IMG/VR virus record: IMGVR_UViG_3300039916_000022
Span: 1-41,458 of that record
Reading direction: 5' to 3' (one strand)
DNA: 41,458 nt
Origin: a virus
Taxonomy: Duplodnaviria; Caudoviricetes
Position numbers and translations under genes: made by a program. The notes under the pieces are model-generated. The model worked only from the letters and a program-made list of their open reading frames with translations, was not told the origin of the DNA and did not search any database. Below are positions 17,449 to 27,003 of the stretch, piece after piece; the stretch's first letter is position 1, and each line of letters starts with the position of its first letter.

Positions 17449-19127
17449 AGGCTTGGAGCACGGCCTGCCCGGACTGGGAGCGGCGGATCCTGGCGCGGGA
17501 AAGCCTGATCCCGCGACCGCCTCTGTTCCCGGACGAGGCCGAGGCGGCCATGGAGGTCTTCCGGGACCTGCGTATCGTGGACGCACCCGGCAGCCCGACC
17601 ATCGGCGAGGCCTGCCGCCCCTGGATCTTCGATTTCGCGGCGTCTGTCTTCGGTGCGTACGACCATCAGACCGGCCGCCGGCTGATGACCGAGTTCATGC
17701 TCCTGGTGAGCAAGAAGAACACGAAGTCCACCATCGCGGCCGGCATCATGCTGACGGCGCTGATCCGGAACTGGCGACAGTCGGCCGAGTACCTGATCAT
17801 CGCACCGACGATCGAGATCGCGAACAACAGCTTCTTCCCGGCACGGGACATGGTTCGCTCCTCCGAGGAACTGTCGGACCTGTTCCACGTCCAGGAGCAC
17901 TACCGGACCATCACCCACCGGGGCACGAAGGCCACCCTGAAGGTGGTGGCGGCCGACAACGACACGGTGTCCGGCAAGAAGGCCACCGGGATCCTGGTGG
18001 ATGAGCTCTGGCTCTTCGGCAAGCGCCCGCACGCGGAGAACATGTTCCGCGAGGCCACCGGCGGCCTGGCGTCGAGGCCCGAGGGGTTCATCATCTATCT
18101 GACCACCCAGGCGGATGAGCCGCCCGCCGGGGTGATGAAGCAGAAGCTCGACTATGCCCGCGGCGTGCGGGACGGCAGGATCCAGGACAAGCGCTTCCTG
18201 CCAGTGCTCTACGAGTTCCCGGACCGCATGATCTCGGCCGGCGAACACCGCGAGAAGCGGAACTTCTACGTCACGAACCCGAACCTGGGCCTGTCCGTGG
18301 ACGAGGAGTTCCTGGAGCGGGAGTTCGACAAGGCGGTAGAGGCCGGCGAGGCCTCGATGCGGGGCTTCCTCGCCAAGCACCTGAACGTCGAGATCGGCCT
18401 GGCGCTGGGCGCCGGATCCTGGGCCGGGGCGGAGATGTGGGAGGCGGCCGGCGACCGCGCGCTCTCCTTCGATGAACTGTTGGCACGCTGCGAGGTGATC
18501 GTGGCTGGCATCGACGGTGGCGGCGCGGACGACCTGTTCGGCCTGGCCTTCATTGGCCGGGAGCGCGAGACGCGCCGCTGGTTGCATTGGGGCAAGTGCT
18601 GGGGGCAGCGGATCGTGCTGCAGCGGCGGAAGGCTCTGGCTGCCCAGCTGCTGGACTACGAACGATCCGGCGAGCTGACCTTCGTGGATGAGCCTGGCCC
18701 CGAGGTGGATGAGGCCGCCGACCTGATCGCCCGGGTGGATGAGGAGGGGCTGCTCGGCGGCGTCGGCCTGGACCCGATGGGTATCGGCGAGGTGGTGGAC
18801 GCTCTGGCGGAACGGGGCATCGAGGGCACCGACCGGGTGAAGGGCGTGCCGCAGGGCTGGAAGCTGTCCGCGGCGATCAAGACGCTGGAGCGGAAACTGG
18901 CCAACGGCACCTTCGCCCATGCCGGGCAGCCGATCATGGCCTGGAACGTGGGGAACGCGAAGGTCGAGGCCCGGGGCAACGCGGTGGCGATCGACAAGGC
19001 CGCCGCCGGATCCGCGAAGATCGACCTGCTGGCCGCGACGCTGAACGCCGCGGTGCTGATGTCGCTGAACCCGGAAGGATCTGGCGGCCCATCGGTCTAC
19101 GAGACCCGCGACATGCTGGTGATCTGA
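17445..19127 (+). CDS. terL: Terminase large subunit
   Basis: Walker A-like SKKNTKST; Walker B ILVDELW; nuclease GIDGGGADDL; KID motif. Confidence 0.95.
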   Translation: MKAWSTACPDWERRILARESLIPRPPLFPDEAEAAMEVFRDLRIVDAPGSPTIGEACRPWIFDFAASVFGAYDHQTGRRLMTEFMLLVSKKNTKSTIAAGIMLTALIRNWRQSAEYLIIAPTIEIANNSFFPARDMVRSSEELSDLFHVQEHYRTITHRGTKATLKVVAADNDTVSGKKATGILVDELWLFGKRPHAENMFREATGGLASRPEGFIIYLTTQADEPPAGVMKQKLDYARGVRDGRIQDKRFLPVLYEFPDRMISAGEHREKRNFYVTNPNLGLSVDEEFLEREFDKAVEAGEASMRGFLAKHLNVEIGLALGAGSWAGAEMWEAAGDRALSFDELLARCEVIVAGIDGGGADDLFGLAFIGRERETRRWLHWGKCWGQRIVLQRRKALAAQLLDYERSGELTFVDEPGPEVDEAADLIARVDEEGLLGGVGLDPMGIGEVVDALAERGIEGTDRVKGVPQGWKLSAAIKTLERKLANGTFAHAGQPIMAWNVGNAKVEARGNAVAIDKAAAGSAKIDLLAATLNAAVLMSLNPEGSGGPSVYETRDMLVI

Positions 19128-19134
19128 GGGGGCG

Positions 19135-20418
19135 ATGGGAATACTCGACTTCTTCCGCCGCGCCCCCGAGGCGCAGCCCGCCGCATCCTCGCCCCTGGCG
19201 GAAGCCGAGGCGTTCTGGGGCTACTCGCTGGACGATCCGCGCCTGCTGGAGTTCATGCGCTCCGGCGCCGAGACCCTGTCCGGGGCGGTGGTGACGCCGG
19301 AGAAGGCGCTGCAGAACACGGCTGTCTTCCGCTGCGTCGATCTGATCACCTCCACGGTCGGCTCGCTGCCGCTCTACATGAAGCGGGAATATCCGGACGG
19401 GCGGGTCGAACTCGCGACCAACCATCCCCTGTATGACCTGCTGCTGCACGAGCCGAACAACTTCCAGTCGCCCTTCGACTTCAAGACCTACATGCAGCGC
19501 AACATGCTGGTGGAGGGCGATGCCTTTGCCCTGATCATTCGCTCCCGGGGCCAGATCATCCGGTTGGTACCGCTGGAGCCGGGCCGGGTCACCTGGCGGC
19601 AGAACGCGGACTGGTCGATCACCTACACCTATCAGCGCAAATCCGGTGGGCAGGTCGATTACGGCCAGGGCGACATCCTGCACCTGCGGGGGCTGACGCA
19701 TGACGGCATCGGTGGCATGTCGCGCACCCGCATGGCCAAGGAGGCGATCGGCCTGGCCATGTCGGCGGAGCGCGCGGCGGCCCGGTTGTTCCGCAACGGC
19801 ATGCTGGCCGGCGGCTTCCTGAGCCACCCGAAGACGCTCAGCGACCCCGCCGTGGCCCGCCTGAAGGCCGGCCTGGATGCCCTGGCCGGCGCCGATCAGG
19901 CCGGCCGATGGGTGGTCGGCGAGGAGGGGCTCGACCTGAAGCCGTTCCCCACCACCGCGGCGAATGCCCAGATGGCAGAGCTGCGGAACCAGCAGATCGA
20001 GGAGGTGGCGCGGGCCTTCGGGGTGCCGCGCCCGCTGCTCATGATGGACGACACGAGCTGGGGCTCGGGCATCGAGCAGCTCGGCATCCTCTTCGTCCGC
20101 TTCGGGCTGCGGACCTGGTTCTCAGCCTGGGAAGAGGCCATCGGCCGGTCCTGCCTGACGCTGGAAGAGCGCAAGTCGGGCCTCAAGGCGGATTTCGACG
20201 AGCAGGAGCTGCTGCGCGGCTCCATGAAGGACCAGGGCGAGTTCTTCGCAAAGGCCCTCGGCGCCGGCGGCGGTCGAGGCTGGATGTCCCAGAACGAGGT
20301 TCGCATCGTCACCGGCCTTGGTCGCAGCGCCGATCCGGATGCCAACAGCCTGAAGAACCCCATGACCCAGAAGGCCGGCGCGCCCGGCAACAGCAGTGGA
20401 GGGACCAGCGATGCATGA
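19135..20418 (+). CDS. Portal protein (HK97 family)
   Basis: AVFRCVDLI...LP; PNNFQS; ILHLRG; EEVARAFGVP; SQNEVR. Confidence 0.93.
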   Translation: MGILDFFRRAPEAQPAASSPLAEAEAFWGYSLDDPRLLEFMRSGAETLSGAVVTPEKALQNTAVFRCVDLITSTVGSLPLYMKREYPDGRVELATNHPLYDLLLHEPNNFQSPFDFKTYMQRNMLVEGDAFALIIRSRGQIIRLVPLEPGRVTWRQNADWSITYTYQRKSGGQVDYGQGDILHLRGLTHDGIGGMSRTRMAKEAIGLAMSAERAAARLFRNGMLAGGFLSHPKTLSDPAVARLKAGLDALAGADQAGRWVVGEEGLDLKPFPTTAANAQMAELRNQQIEEVARAFGVPRPLLMMDDTSWGSGIEQLGILFVRFGLRTWFSAWEEAIGRSCLTLEERKSGLKADFDEQELLRGSMKDQGEFFAKALGAGGGRGWMSQNEVRIVTGLGRSADPDANSLKNPMTQKAGAPGNSSGGTSDA

Positions 20419-20713
20419 TCACCTGGAACCCGATGCAAGCATCCCGGCGGTGGTCGCGGAATGGACCTTTCTTGGCCGGACCCCGCTCGGGCCGATGGGA
20501 TGCGGCAATGCTTTCGCATACCGCTTCACCCGCCAGGTCTGCGGGAAGACAATAGTGGTGCAGCCTGTCATCGTGGCTGAGAGCGCATACTTCATGCCGC
20601 TTTTGGAGCGCGAGCTGCGGGACGCGACCAGCGTTTGGGAGCGCCGCTTGACCCGGCCCATTCCTCGCCTCGCCCTCCTGACGACCGAGGAGGTCCGCCG
20701 TGCATCGCTGTAA
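20411..20713 (+). CDS. Hypothetical protein between portal and protease
   Basis: Overlaps both neighbours; somewhat lower GC. Confidence 0.5.
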   Translation: MHDHLEPDASIPAVVAEWTFLGRTPLGPMGCGNAFAYRFTRQVCGKTIVVQPVIVAESAYFMPLLERELRDATSVWERRLTRPIPRLALLTTEEVRRASL

Positions 20714-21581
20714 GCGCCCTGTCTTCGCCCGGGCCCGCCCCGGCCGGATCGACGCGCGCAAGCCCGGCGACGTGACGGCACCGCCGCAGCCGGGCGCCTT
20801 CGACCGCTGGAACGCGGGCATCCGCGCCGCCGGCGAGGTCGGGGAGAACGTGATCACGATGTATGACGTGATCGGCGAGGACTACTGGAGCGGCGGTGGC
20901 GTCACCGCCAAGCGGGTGGCCGCCGCGCTGCGCTCGATCGGTGCCCGGGATGTGGAGGTCCACATCAACTCCCCGGGCGGCGACATGTTCGAGGGCATCT
21001 CGATCTACAACATGCTGCGGGAGCACCCTGGCAAGATCACCGTCAAGGTGCTCGGCCTGGCCGCCTCCGCCGCATCCGTCATCGCCATGGCGGGGGATGA
21101 GGTGCAGATCGGCGCCGCCTCCTTCCTCATGATCCACAACTGCTGGGTCGTGGCCGTCGGCAACCGCTTCGACATGCGCGAGACGGCCGATTGGCTGGAG
21201 CCCTTCGACGCCGCCATGGCCGATGTCTACGCCGCTCGCACCGGCCAGGAGAAGCCGCAGGTCGAGGAGTGGATGGGGGCCAACAAGGGCGATGGCACCT
21301 ACTTCTCCGGCTCCCAGGCGGTGGAACTCGGCTTTGCCGACGCCCTCCTGTCCTCCGACGACGTGACCGAGAGCGCCGAAGCACGGGCCGAGGGCAAGTC
21401 GAAGAGCGCCCTTCTGAAGGTCGAGCTCGGGCTCTGCGCCAGCATGTCGCGCACCCAGGCCCGCTCCCTCATCACCGAGATCAAGGGCAAGCCGGACGCT
21501 GCCCTGAACGCCAAGCCGGACGCTGGCGACCTGAGCTGGATCGGCGCGGCTGCCGATCTGACCAACCTCCTCCGTTCCTGA
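20700..21581 (+). CDS. ClpP-like (S14) prohead protease
   Basis: INSPGGDMFEG, GLAASAASVIAMAGD, LMIHN, AVELGFAD. Confidence 0.92.
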   Translation: MHRCKRPVFARARPGRIDARKPGDVTAPPQPGAFDRWNAGIRAAGEVGENVITMYDVIGEDYWSGGGVTAKRVAAALRSIGARDVEVHINSPGGDMFEGISIYNMLREHPGKITVKVLGLAASAASVIAMAGDEVQIGAASFLMIHNCWVVAVGNRFDMRETADWLEPFDAAMADVYAARTGQEKPQVEEWMGANKGDGTYFSGSQAVELGFADALLSSDDVTESAEARAEGKSKSALLKVELGLCASMSRTQARSLITEIKGKPDAALNAKPDAGDLSWIGAAADLTNLLRS

Positions 21582-21591
21582 GAGCAAACCC

Positions 21592-22899
21592 ATGCACATG
21601 AACCGGGCCGCCCTGCTGGCGGCAACCACCGCGCTCGGCTCCAGCCTGGCGACCCCGCCCCGTGCCGTCTTCGCGCGCCCGCGCGCCGATGCCGGGGGCG
21701 ACCCGAGCAAAATCCTGGCCGACCTGCAGAAGGCCTTCTCCGAGTTCAAGGCGGAGAACGACACGCGCCTGAAGGGCAAGGCCGATGTGGTCACCGACGA
21801 GAAGGTGGAGCGCATCAACGCCGATGTCGGCAAGCTGCAGGCGGCGATTGACGACCTGAACACCCGCCTCGCTGCGGCGCAGGCCGGCGCCGGCACTCAG
21901 GAGCCGGTCTCCCCGGAAGACCGGGCCTATGCCTCCGACTTCAAGGAGTGGTTCAAGAGCGGCGACAAGGAGAGCGGCATCCGCGCCGCTCAGCGCACCG
22001 GCATCCGCGCCGCGATGTCGGCCGGCTCCTCGGCGGATGGTGGCTATGTCGCCCCGGTGGAGTGGGACCGCCAGATCACCGGCAAGCTGAAGATCATCTC
22101 GCCGTTCCGGCAGTACGCCACGGTGCAGTCCATCACCGGGCAGGGCTACACCCACCTGTACAGCGACCGTGCGGTGGGCTCCGGCTGGGTCGGCGAGACC
22201 GCCGCGCGGCCGGCCACCTCCACGCCGCAGCTGGCGTCCCTGGAGTTCCGCACCGGGCAGATCTACGCCTTCCCCTTCGCCACCCAGGACATTCTCGACG
22301 ATGCCCTGATCAACATCGAGGAGTGGCTGGGGGGCGAAGTCGAGACCGAGTTCGCCCGCCAGGAGGGCATCGCCTTCGCCGGCGGCGATGGCGTGAACAA
22401 GCCCTACGGCATCCTGACCTATGTGACCGGCGGCACCAACGCCGCCCGTCATCCCTGGGGCGCCATCCCGACCGTGAACACGGGCGATGCCGCCAAGATC
22501 ACGCTCGATGGCTTCATCGACCTGATCTACAACCTGCCGGCCGCCTTCCAGTCCAATGCGAAGCTGTTCATGAACCGCCAGTCGGTCGCGACGGCCCGCA
22601 AGATTAAGGACGCCGCCGGCGGCTACCTGTGGCAGCCCTCGGTCGAGGCGGGACAGCCCTCGACCATCCTCGGCGCGCCGATCGTGGACCTGCCGGACAT
22701 GGCCAATGTGGCCGCCAACGCCATCGTGGCGCTCTACGGCGACATGGCCGCGACCTATGTCGTGGTGGATCGGATCGGCATCCGCGTGCTGCGCGATGCG
22801 ATCAGCAATAAGCCCTACGTCGGCTTCTACACCACGAAGCGGGTTGGCGGGGGCGTCAAGAACCCCGAGCCGATGCGCGCCCTCAAGGTCGCCGCCTGA
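21592..22899 (+). CDS. Major capsid protein (HK97 fold, with delta domain)
   Basis: DGGYVAP, WVGETAARP, GDGVNKPYGIL, KDAAGGYLWQP, KRVGGGV. Confidence 0.95.
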   Translation: MHMNRAALLAATTALGSSLATPPRAVFARPRADAGGDPSKILADLQKAFSEFKAENDTRLKGKADVVTDEKVERINADVGKLQAAIDDLNTRLAAAQAGAGTQEPVSPEDRAYASDFKEWFKSGDKESGIRAAQRTGIRAAMSAGSSADGGYVAPVEWDRQITGKLKIISPFRQYATVQSITGQGYTHLYSDRAVGSGWVGETAARPATSTPQLASLEFRTGQIYAFPFATQDILDDALINIEEWLGGEVETEFARQEGIAFAGGDGVNKPYGILTYVTGGTNAARHPWGAIPTVNTGDAAKITLDGFIDLIYNLPAAFQSNAKLFMNRQSVATARKIKDAAGGYLWQPSVEAGQPSTILGAPIVDLPDMANVAANAIVALYGDMAATYVVVDRIGIRVLRDAISNKPYVGFYTTKRVGGGVKNPEPMRALKVAA

Positions 22900-22964
22900 T
22901 CCACCGGCGCCGGCCAGCGCCGGCGCCGCCCCCTGTCTCCCACCTGAGAGGAAAGGAGGCCGTC

Positions 22965-23228
22965 ATGGCCGCCAGGAAGACCGACGACACCCAGGTCGCC
23001 GAGGAAGAGGTGAAGACCGCCGCCGCGGCGAACGCCACGTCGCAGCCCGAAGGCACCGAGGAGGGCGATCCCGCCGAGGCCACCACGACCGTCGCCACCA
23101 GCGGCGCCACCGTGGAGCCTGCCGTGGTGGAAGCCCTGCCGATGGAGCATCCGGCGGTGGACAGCGAACCCCGCAAGGGCCTGCCGCCCGAGAGCTCGCG
23201 CATCGACTTCAACGACCCGAGCTACTGA
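22965..23228 (+). CDS. Acidic hypothetical protein
   Basis: Strong AAGGAGG RBS; follows the capsid gene. Confidence 0.65.
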   Translation: MAARKTDDTQVAEEEVKTAAAANATSQPEGTEEGDPAEATTTVATSGATVEPAVVEALPMEHPAVDSEPRKGLPPESSRIDFNDPSY

Positions 23229-23237
23229 GGCTCGGGC

Positions 23238-23846
23238 ATGCTGACCGTCGTCACTCCCGCCACCACCACGCGCCTCACGACGATCGCCGCGGCGCGTGAC
23301 CACCTGATGGTGGCTGACGACGTGTCGGACATCCTCCTGGGCGACTGGATCGACCAGGCTTCGGCCTCCATCGTGGAGTTCTGCGGCCGTCCCTTCGCCC
23401 GGGAGAGCGTCCGCGAGACGTTCCGGGGCGTCTGCGGCTACGCCATCATGCTGTCGCGCTTTCCCGTCGTCGGGACGCCGGCGGTGGTGATGGACGGCAC
23501 AACCCTGGCCGCCTCCGACCTGGAGTGGGATGCGGAGGCCGGCCTGCTCTACCGCATGCGCGGTCTGGACCGCTTCGCCTGGGGATGCCGCGTGGCAGCC
23601 GTCACCTACACGGCCGGCTGGCTCCTGCCGGGGCAGGAAGGTCGGGATCTGCCGGCGAACATCGAGCAGGCGTGCCTGACCATGATCGCCGCCCGCTACG
23701 GGGCCCGGGGCCGCGACCCGATGCTGCGCTCCGAAAGCACCGAGGGCGTTGGCTCCGCCTCCTGGATCGCCACGGCCGACATGGGCGCGCTGCCGCCCCA
23801 GGCCGCCGATCTGCTCACCCGCTATGTCCGCGTCTCGGGGTTCTGA
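23238..23846 (+). CDS. Head-tail connector (gp6-like)
   Basis: LTTIAAARDHL...IDQASASIVEFCGR; VTYTAGW; LPANIEQACL. Confidence 0.75.
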   Translation: MLTVVTPATTTRLTTIAAARDHLMVADDVSDILLGDWIDQASASIVEFCGRPFARESVRETFRGVCGYAIMLSRFPVVGTPAVVMDGTTLAASDLEWDAEAGLLYRMRGLDRFAWGCRVAAVTYTAGWLLPGQEGRDLPANIEQACLTMIAARYGARGRDPMLRSESTEGVGSASWIATADMGALPPQAADLLTRYVRVSGF

Positions 23847-23849
23847 CCC

Positions 23850-24185
23850 ATGTCCCAGGCTCTCCAGACCCGCCGGCGCATGATCCGCAGCCGGGGGCGC
23901 AGCATGGTGCTGACGCGCCAGGCTGATGGCGCATCGCTCGCCGCGTCGGTCACCCTGACCGGCTTTCCCCGCGACTACCGCCCGGACGAGTTCCAGGGCG
24001 GCGTCCAGGCGGGGGACATGCAGATCGAGACCCTAGACGATGAAATGGCCGCCGCCGGCTGGCCCGTGCCGCCGGGCAATCCCGACCGGATCCTGGTCGA
24101 TGGCCGCACCGTCACCGTGAAGGCGGCGCGGCCCGTCTACGACGGCGCGCTGCGCATCGGCTGGTCCATCTGGGTCCGTGGCTGA
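23850..24185 (+). CDS. Head-tail joining/closure protein
   Basis: Size and position; DRILVDGRTVTV. Confidence 0.55.
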   Translation: MSQALQTRRRMIRSRGRSMVLTRQADGASLAASVTLTGFPRDYRPDEFQGGVQAGDMQIETLDDEMAAAGWPVPPGNPDRILVDGRTVTVKAARPVYDGALRIGWSIWVRG

Positions 24186-24592
24186 TGAGCAGCCCCGAGG
24201 TCTACCAGGACGCCCGCACCCTGATCGCCGACGGCGCCGCGCAGATCGGCCTGCCGGTCGCCTGGCCGAACCGCAAGTTCCAGGCGCCCGAACCGCCGGC
24301 CCCTTTCCTCGCGGTCGAGGTGATGGGCGACGGCGCCGAGCCCTACGAGCTGGGCGGCGGGGTCTGGGTCGAGGACGGCACGGTCGAAGTCGCTGTGGTG
24401 GTGCCGACCGGCACCGGCATCGAGCAGGGCCTCGCGCTGCGCAAGGCGGTCGCCGGATGGTTCCGCGGCCTGCCGGCCCGTGAGGTCACCTACGACCGCT
24501 TCATCATGGACCCGGGTGGCATGGACGAGGACGGCAACTGGTTCCGCCTGCCGCTGCGGGTCTCCTACCGCTTCCAGAGCATCAGCGCCTGA
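24185..24592 (+). CDS. Tail terminator-like protein
   Basis: VAWPN...VVVPTGTG...WFRLPLRVSY; position before the tube gene. Confidence 0.6.
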   Translation: MSSPEVYQDARTLIADGAAQIGLPVAWPNRKFQAPEPPAPFLAVEVMGDGAEPYELGGGVWVEDGTVEVAVVVPTGTGIEQGLALRKAVAGWFRGLPAREVTYDRFIMDPGGMDEDGNWFRLPLRVSYRFQSISA

Positions 24593-24602
24593 GGAGGACC
24601 CC

Positions 24603-24812
24603 ATGGCCGATCGCACCTTCATCATCCGTGACGCCGCCGGCAAGGAAGTCGGCCAGCAGACGCTGGACGAGCGCTTCACGCCGATCCTGCAGCCGGGCGA
24701 GACCGCCGATCCGGTCCTGACCAAGGACGAGGCCAAGGCCGCGGCTGCCGCCGAGAAGGCCGCGGCAAAGGAAGAGGCCGCTGCGCAGAAGGCGGCCGAC
24801 ACGGCGGCCTGA
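24603..24812 (+). CDS. Small Ala/Lys-rich hypothetical protein
   Basis: GAGGAGG RBS. Confidence 0.55.
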   Translation: MADRTFIIRDAAGKEVGQQTLDERFTPILQPGETADPVLTKDEAKAAAAAEKAAAKEEAAAQKAADTAA

Positions 24813-24872
24813 GCCGCCATCCCCTGACCATTCTGCCGCCGTCGCGCGGCCTATTCTCTGGAGGACAGGCCC

Positions 24873-25829
24873 ATGACGGCCACCAGCAGCTACCAGGCGG
24901 GGGTCGAAGCCAACCTCGTCCAGCTCGCCTATGTGCAGGAGACCGCCTGGGGCACCACGCCTGCGGCGAAGCTCCAGCAGATCCGCTTCACGGGCGAGAG
25001 CCTGCGCGGCCAGAAGAGCCGCCAGCGCCCGAGCGAGATCAACACCAACCGCGTGGCCTCGGCCGCCGTGACCACCGACGAGACGGCCTCGGGCGGCATC
25101 GACTTCGCGCTGAGCTACGGCACCTATGACGACCTGTTGGCCGGCCTGCTCGGCGGCGAGTGGGTGCCGGGCACCGGCAACGCGGTGCTGACCAACGGGC
25201 TGGTCTTCAAGAGCTTCACCTTCGAGAAGCGCTTCGGCTCGGCCATGTTCCTGCAGTATCCCGGCGCCTTCATCTCGGGCGGCACCCTGAACATCGCCCG
25301 GGGCCAGTTCCTGTCCGGCTCGCTGAACGTGCTGGCGAAGCAGGAGCTGAAGGCCACCACCTCCGCCTCCACCGGCGGCACCTACACCGCCGCCACGACC
25401 GGCCGCGTCATGGACCCGGTGGGCGGCGTGCGCGACGTGCAGATGGACGGTGCGGCGATCCAGGCGGTCTGCAACAGCATCACCCTGAACATCAGCAACG
25501 ACGGCGCCGCGGCGGACTTCGGCCTGGGCTCGGCGGCGGCGCAGGGCATGCGGATGGGCAACTTCCTGGTCGGTGGATCGACGGAGTTCTACTTCCGCGA
25601 CTTCACCCTCTACGACCGGTTCAAGTCCGAGGCGCAGGGCAACTTCTCCTTCCGCACGCTCGATGCGGCCGGCAACGCCTACAAGTTCGAGCTGCCCGCC
25701 TCCGCCCTGATGAACCCCACGGTCAATGCCGGCGCCCCTGGCCAGCCGGTGATGGCCCGCTTCGACCTGGAAGGGAACCCCAACGCCGCCGGCGTCGCCC
25801 TGCAAATCACGCGGACGCCGATCGTCTGA
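24873..25829 (+). CDS. Major tail tube protein
   Basis: LAYVQETAWGTTP, RFTGESL, SFTFEKRF; position. Confidence 0.82.
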   Translation: MTATSSYQAGVEANLVQLAYVQETAWGTTPAAKLQQIRFTGESLRGQKSRQRPSEINTNRVASAAVTTDETASGGIDFALSYGTYDDLLAGLLGGEWVPGTGNAVLTNGLVFKSFTFEKRFGSAMFLQYPGAFISGGTLNIARGQFLSGSLNVLAKQELKATTSASTGGTYTAATTGRVMDPVGGVRDVQMDGAAIQAVCNSITLNISNDGAAADFGLGSAAAQGMRMGNFLVGGSTEFYFRDFTLYDRFKSEAQGNFSFRTLDAAGNAYKFELPASALMNPTVNAGAPGQPVMARFDLEGNPNAAGVALQITRTPIV

Positions 25830-25920
25830 TCGCGGTCCGGCGCCGCGGCGCTGGGCTGTGTAGGGGCCGGCTTGTTCTGCGGGGAGCAAAGCCGGCCCCG
25901 CTTCCCGCTCGATCCCCGCA

Positions 25921-26244
25921 ATGGACCATCCCGCAATGGAACACATCCGCGTGGAGTGCTCTGGCCCGACATCCAATGATGTTCGGATCACGATCCGCGA
26001 TACCGGCGAAAACCTGCTCCAGAGAGTGCCGATCGCCAGTCTCACTCTCCGCTTCGATCCCAACGAAATCCCCCATGCCTCGATAGAGGTGCTGGGGCCC
26101 CGCGTGCTCGTGGAGAGCGCTTCCGCCTCCTACCTCATGCGCCACCCCGAGGGTGGCCTGCGCGAGGTCGCGCGCATCGAGTATCGCGACGGCACGACCG
26201 TCGCATTCCCCGCCGCCAAGAACCTGCCCGCAAAGGACGCCTGA
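25921..26244 (+). CDS. Hypothetical protein between tail tube and tail chaperone
   Basis: 107-aa ORF ending 1 nt before the chaperone ATG. Confidence 0.5.
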   Translation: MDHPAMEHIRVECSGPTSNDVRITIRDTGENLLQRVPIASLTLRFDPNEIPHASIEVLGPRVLVESASASYLMRHPEGGLREVARIEYRDGTTVAFPAAKNLPAKDA

Positions 26245-26245
26245 C

Positions 26246-26701
26246 ATGGCCCGCATCTCCACCCTGACCGCCATCGAGCCCTCCGAGAAGGGCGACTGGA
26301 TCGCCCCCGGCGGCGATGCCGACGATATCGAGGTCCTGACCGTCGGTTTCACCGACGCCTATACCGACGCGCAGGCGCGCAAGCACCGCCGTCTGGCGCA
26401 GGCCTATGGCGGCGACGTGTCGGCCGTGCCGGTGGCGCTGCTGCGCAAGGCGAACCTGGAGTGCCTGCTCCAGCACAGCGTGTTCGGGCTGCGCAACCTG
26501 CAGGGCGACGACGGCACCGACATCCCCTTTGAGACCGTGAAGCGGATGGCCTTCGAGCCGCAGTACCGGCCGATCGCCGACGCCATGTTCGCCGCGGCCC
26601 GCCTCGCCACCGCCCGCCGCAAGGCCGACATCGAGGACGCGGAGGGAAACTCCGCGCCGCCCTCCGATACCATTTCGAATGGAGCGCCTACGCCGAGCTG
26701 A
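26246..26701 (+). CDS. Tail assembly chaperone (gpG-like)
   Basis: Between tube and tape measure; ends ...AEGNS at a slippery site. Confidence 0.75.
   Translation: MARISTLTAIEPSEKGDWIAPGGDADDIEVLTVGFTDAYTDAQARKHRRLAQAYGGDVSAVPVALLRKANLECLLQHSVFGLRNLQGDDGTDIPFETVKRMAFEPQYRPIADAMFAAARLATARRKADIEDAEGNSAPPSDTISNGAPTPS
26644..26650 (+). other. Programmed -1 frameshift site G GGA AAC
   Basis: In-frame X XXY YYZ heptamer; the -1 frame is open into ORF 26743..27003. Confidence 0.8.
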
Positions 26702-27003
26702 TCGAGGAAACGGAGGAAGAGGAGCGGCCCGACAAGCCGGAGGTGGAGGATTGGCTCGCCTGGGTGTGGCGAGCCTGGCACGCGCTCCACGATGAGCGGT
26801 CGCATACCCTGGTGGGCATCTCCGTGCCCTTGGGCGCGATGATCCTGAAGCCCAGGCCCGGCCGCATCCCCTGGTCCGCTGTCGATCGCTGGTGCCGCCG
26901 GCACCGCTATCCCCGGTCGCAGCAGGATTTCCTGCATCGGATGGTCAGGGCGATGGACCAGGAATTCCTGACTTGGTGGGCCTCGAAGGAGGGCAAGGGA
27001 TGA
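26650..27003 (+). CDS. gpT-like frameshift extension of the tail chaperone
   Basis: -1 frame reads LRAALRYHFEW...WRAWHALHDER...GRIPWSAVDRW...RAMDQEFL. Confidence 0.75.
   Translation, partial: LRAALRYHFEWSAYAELIEETEEEERPDKPEVEDWLAWVWRAWHALHDERSHTLVGISVPLGAMILKPRPGRIPWSAVDRWCRRHRYPRSQQDFLHRMVRAMDQEFLTWWASKEGKG

Noticed and set aside
22906-22927. GGCGCCGG/CCGGCGCC hairpin after the capsid gene as a terminator
   Set aside because: No U-tract; probably an ordinary mRNA-stabilising hairpin.
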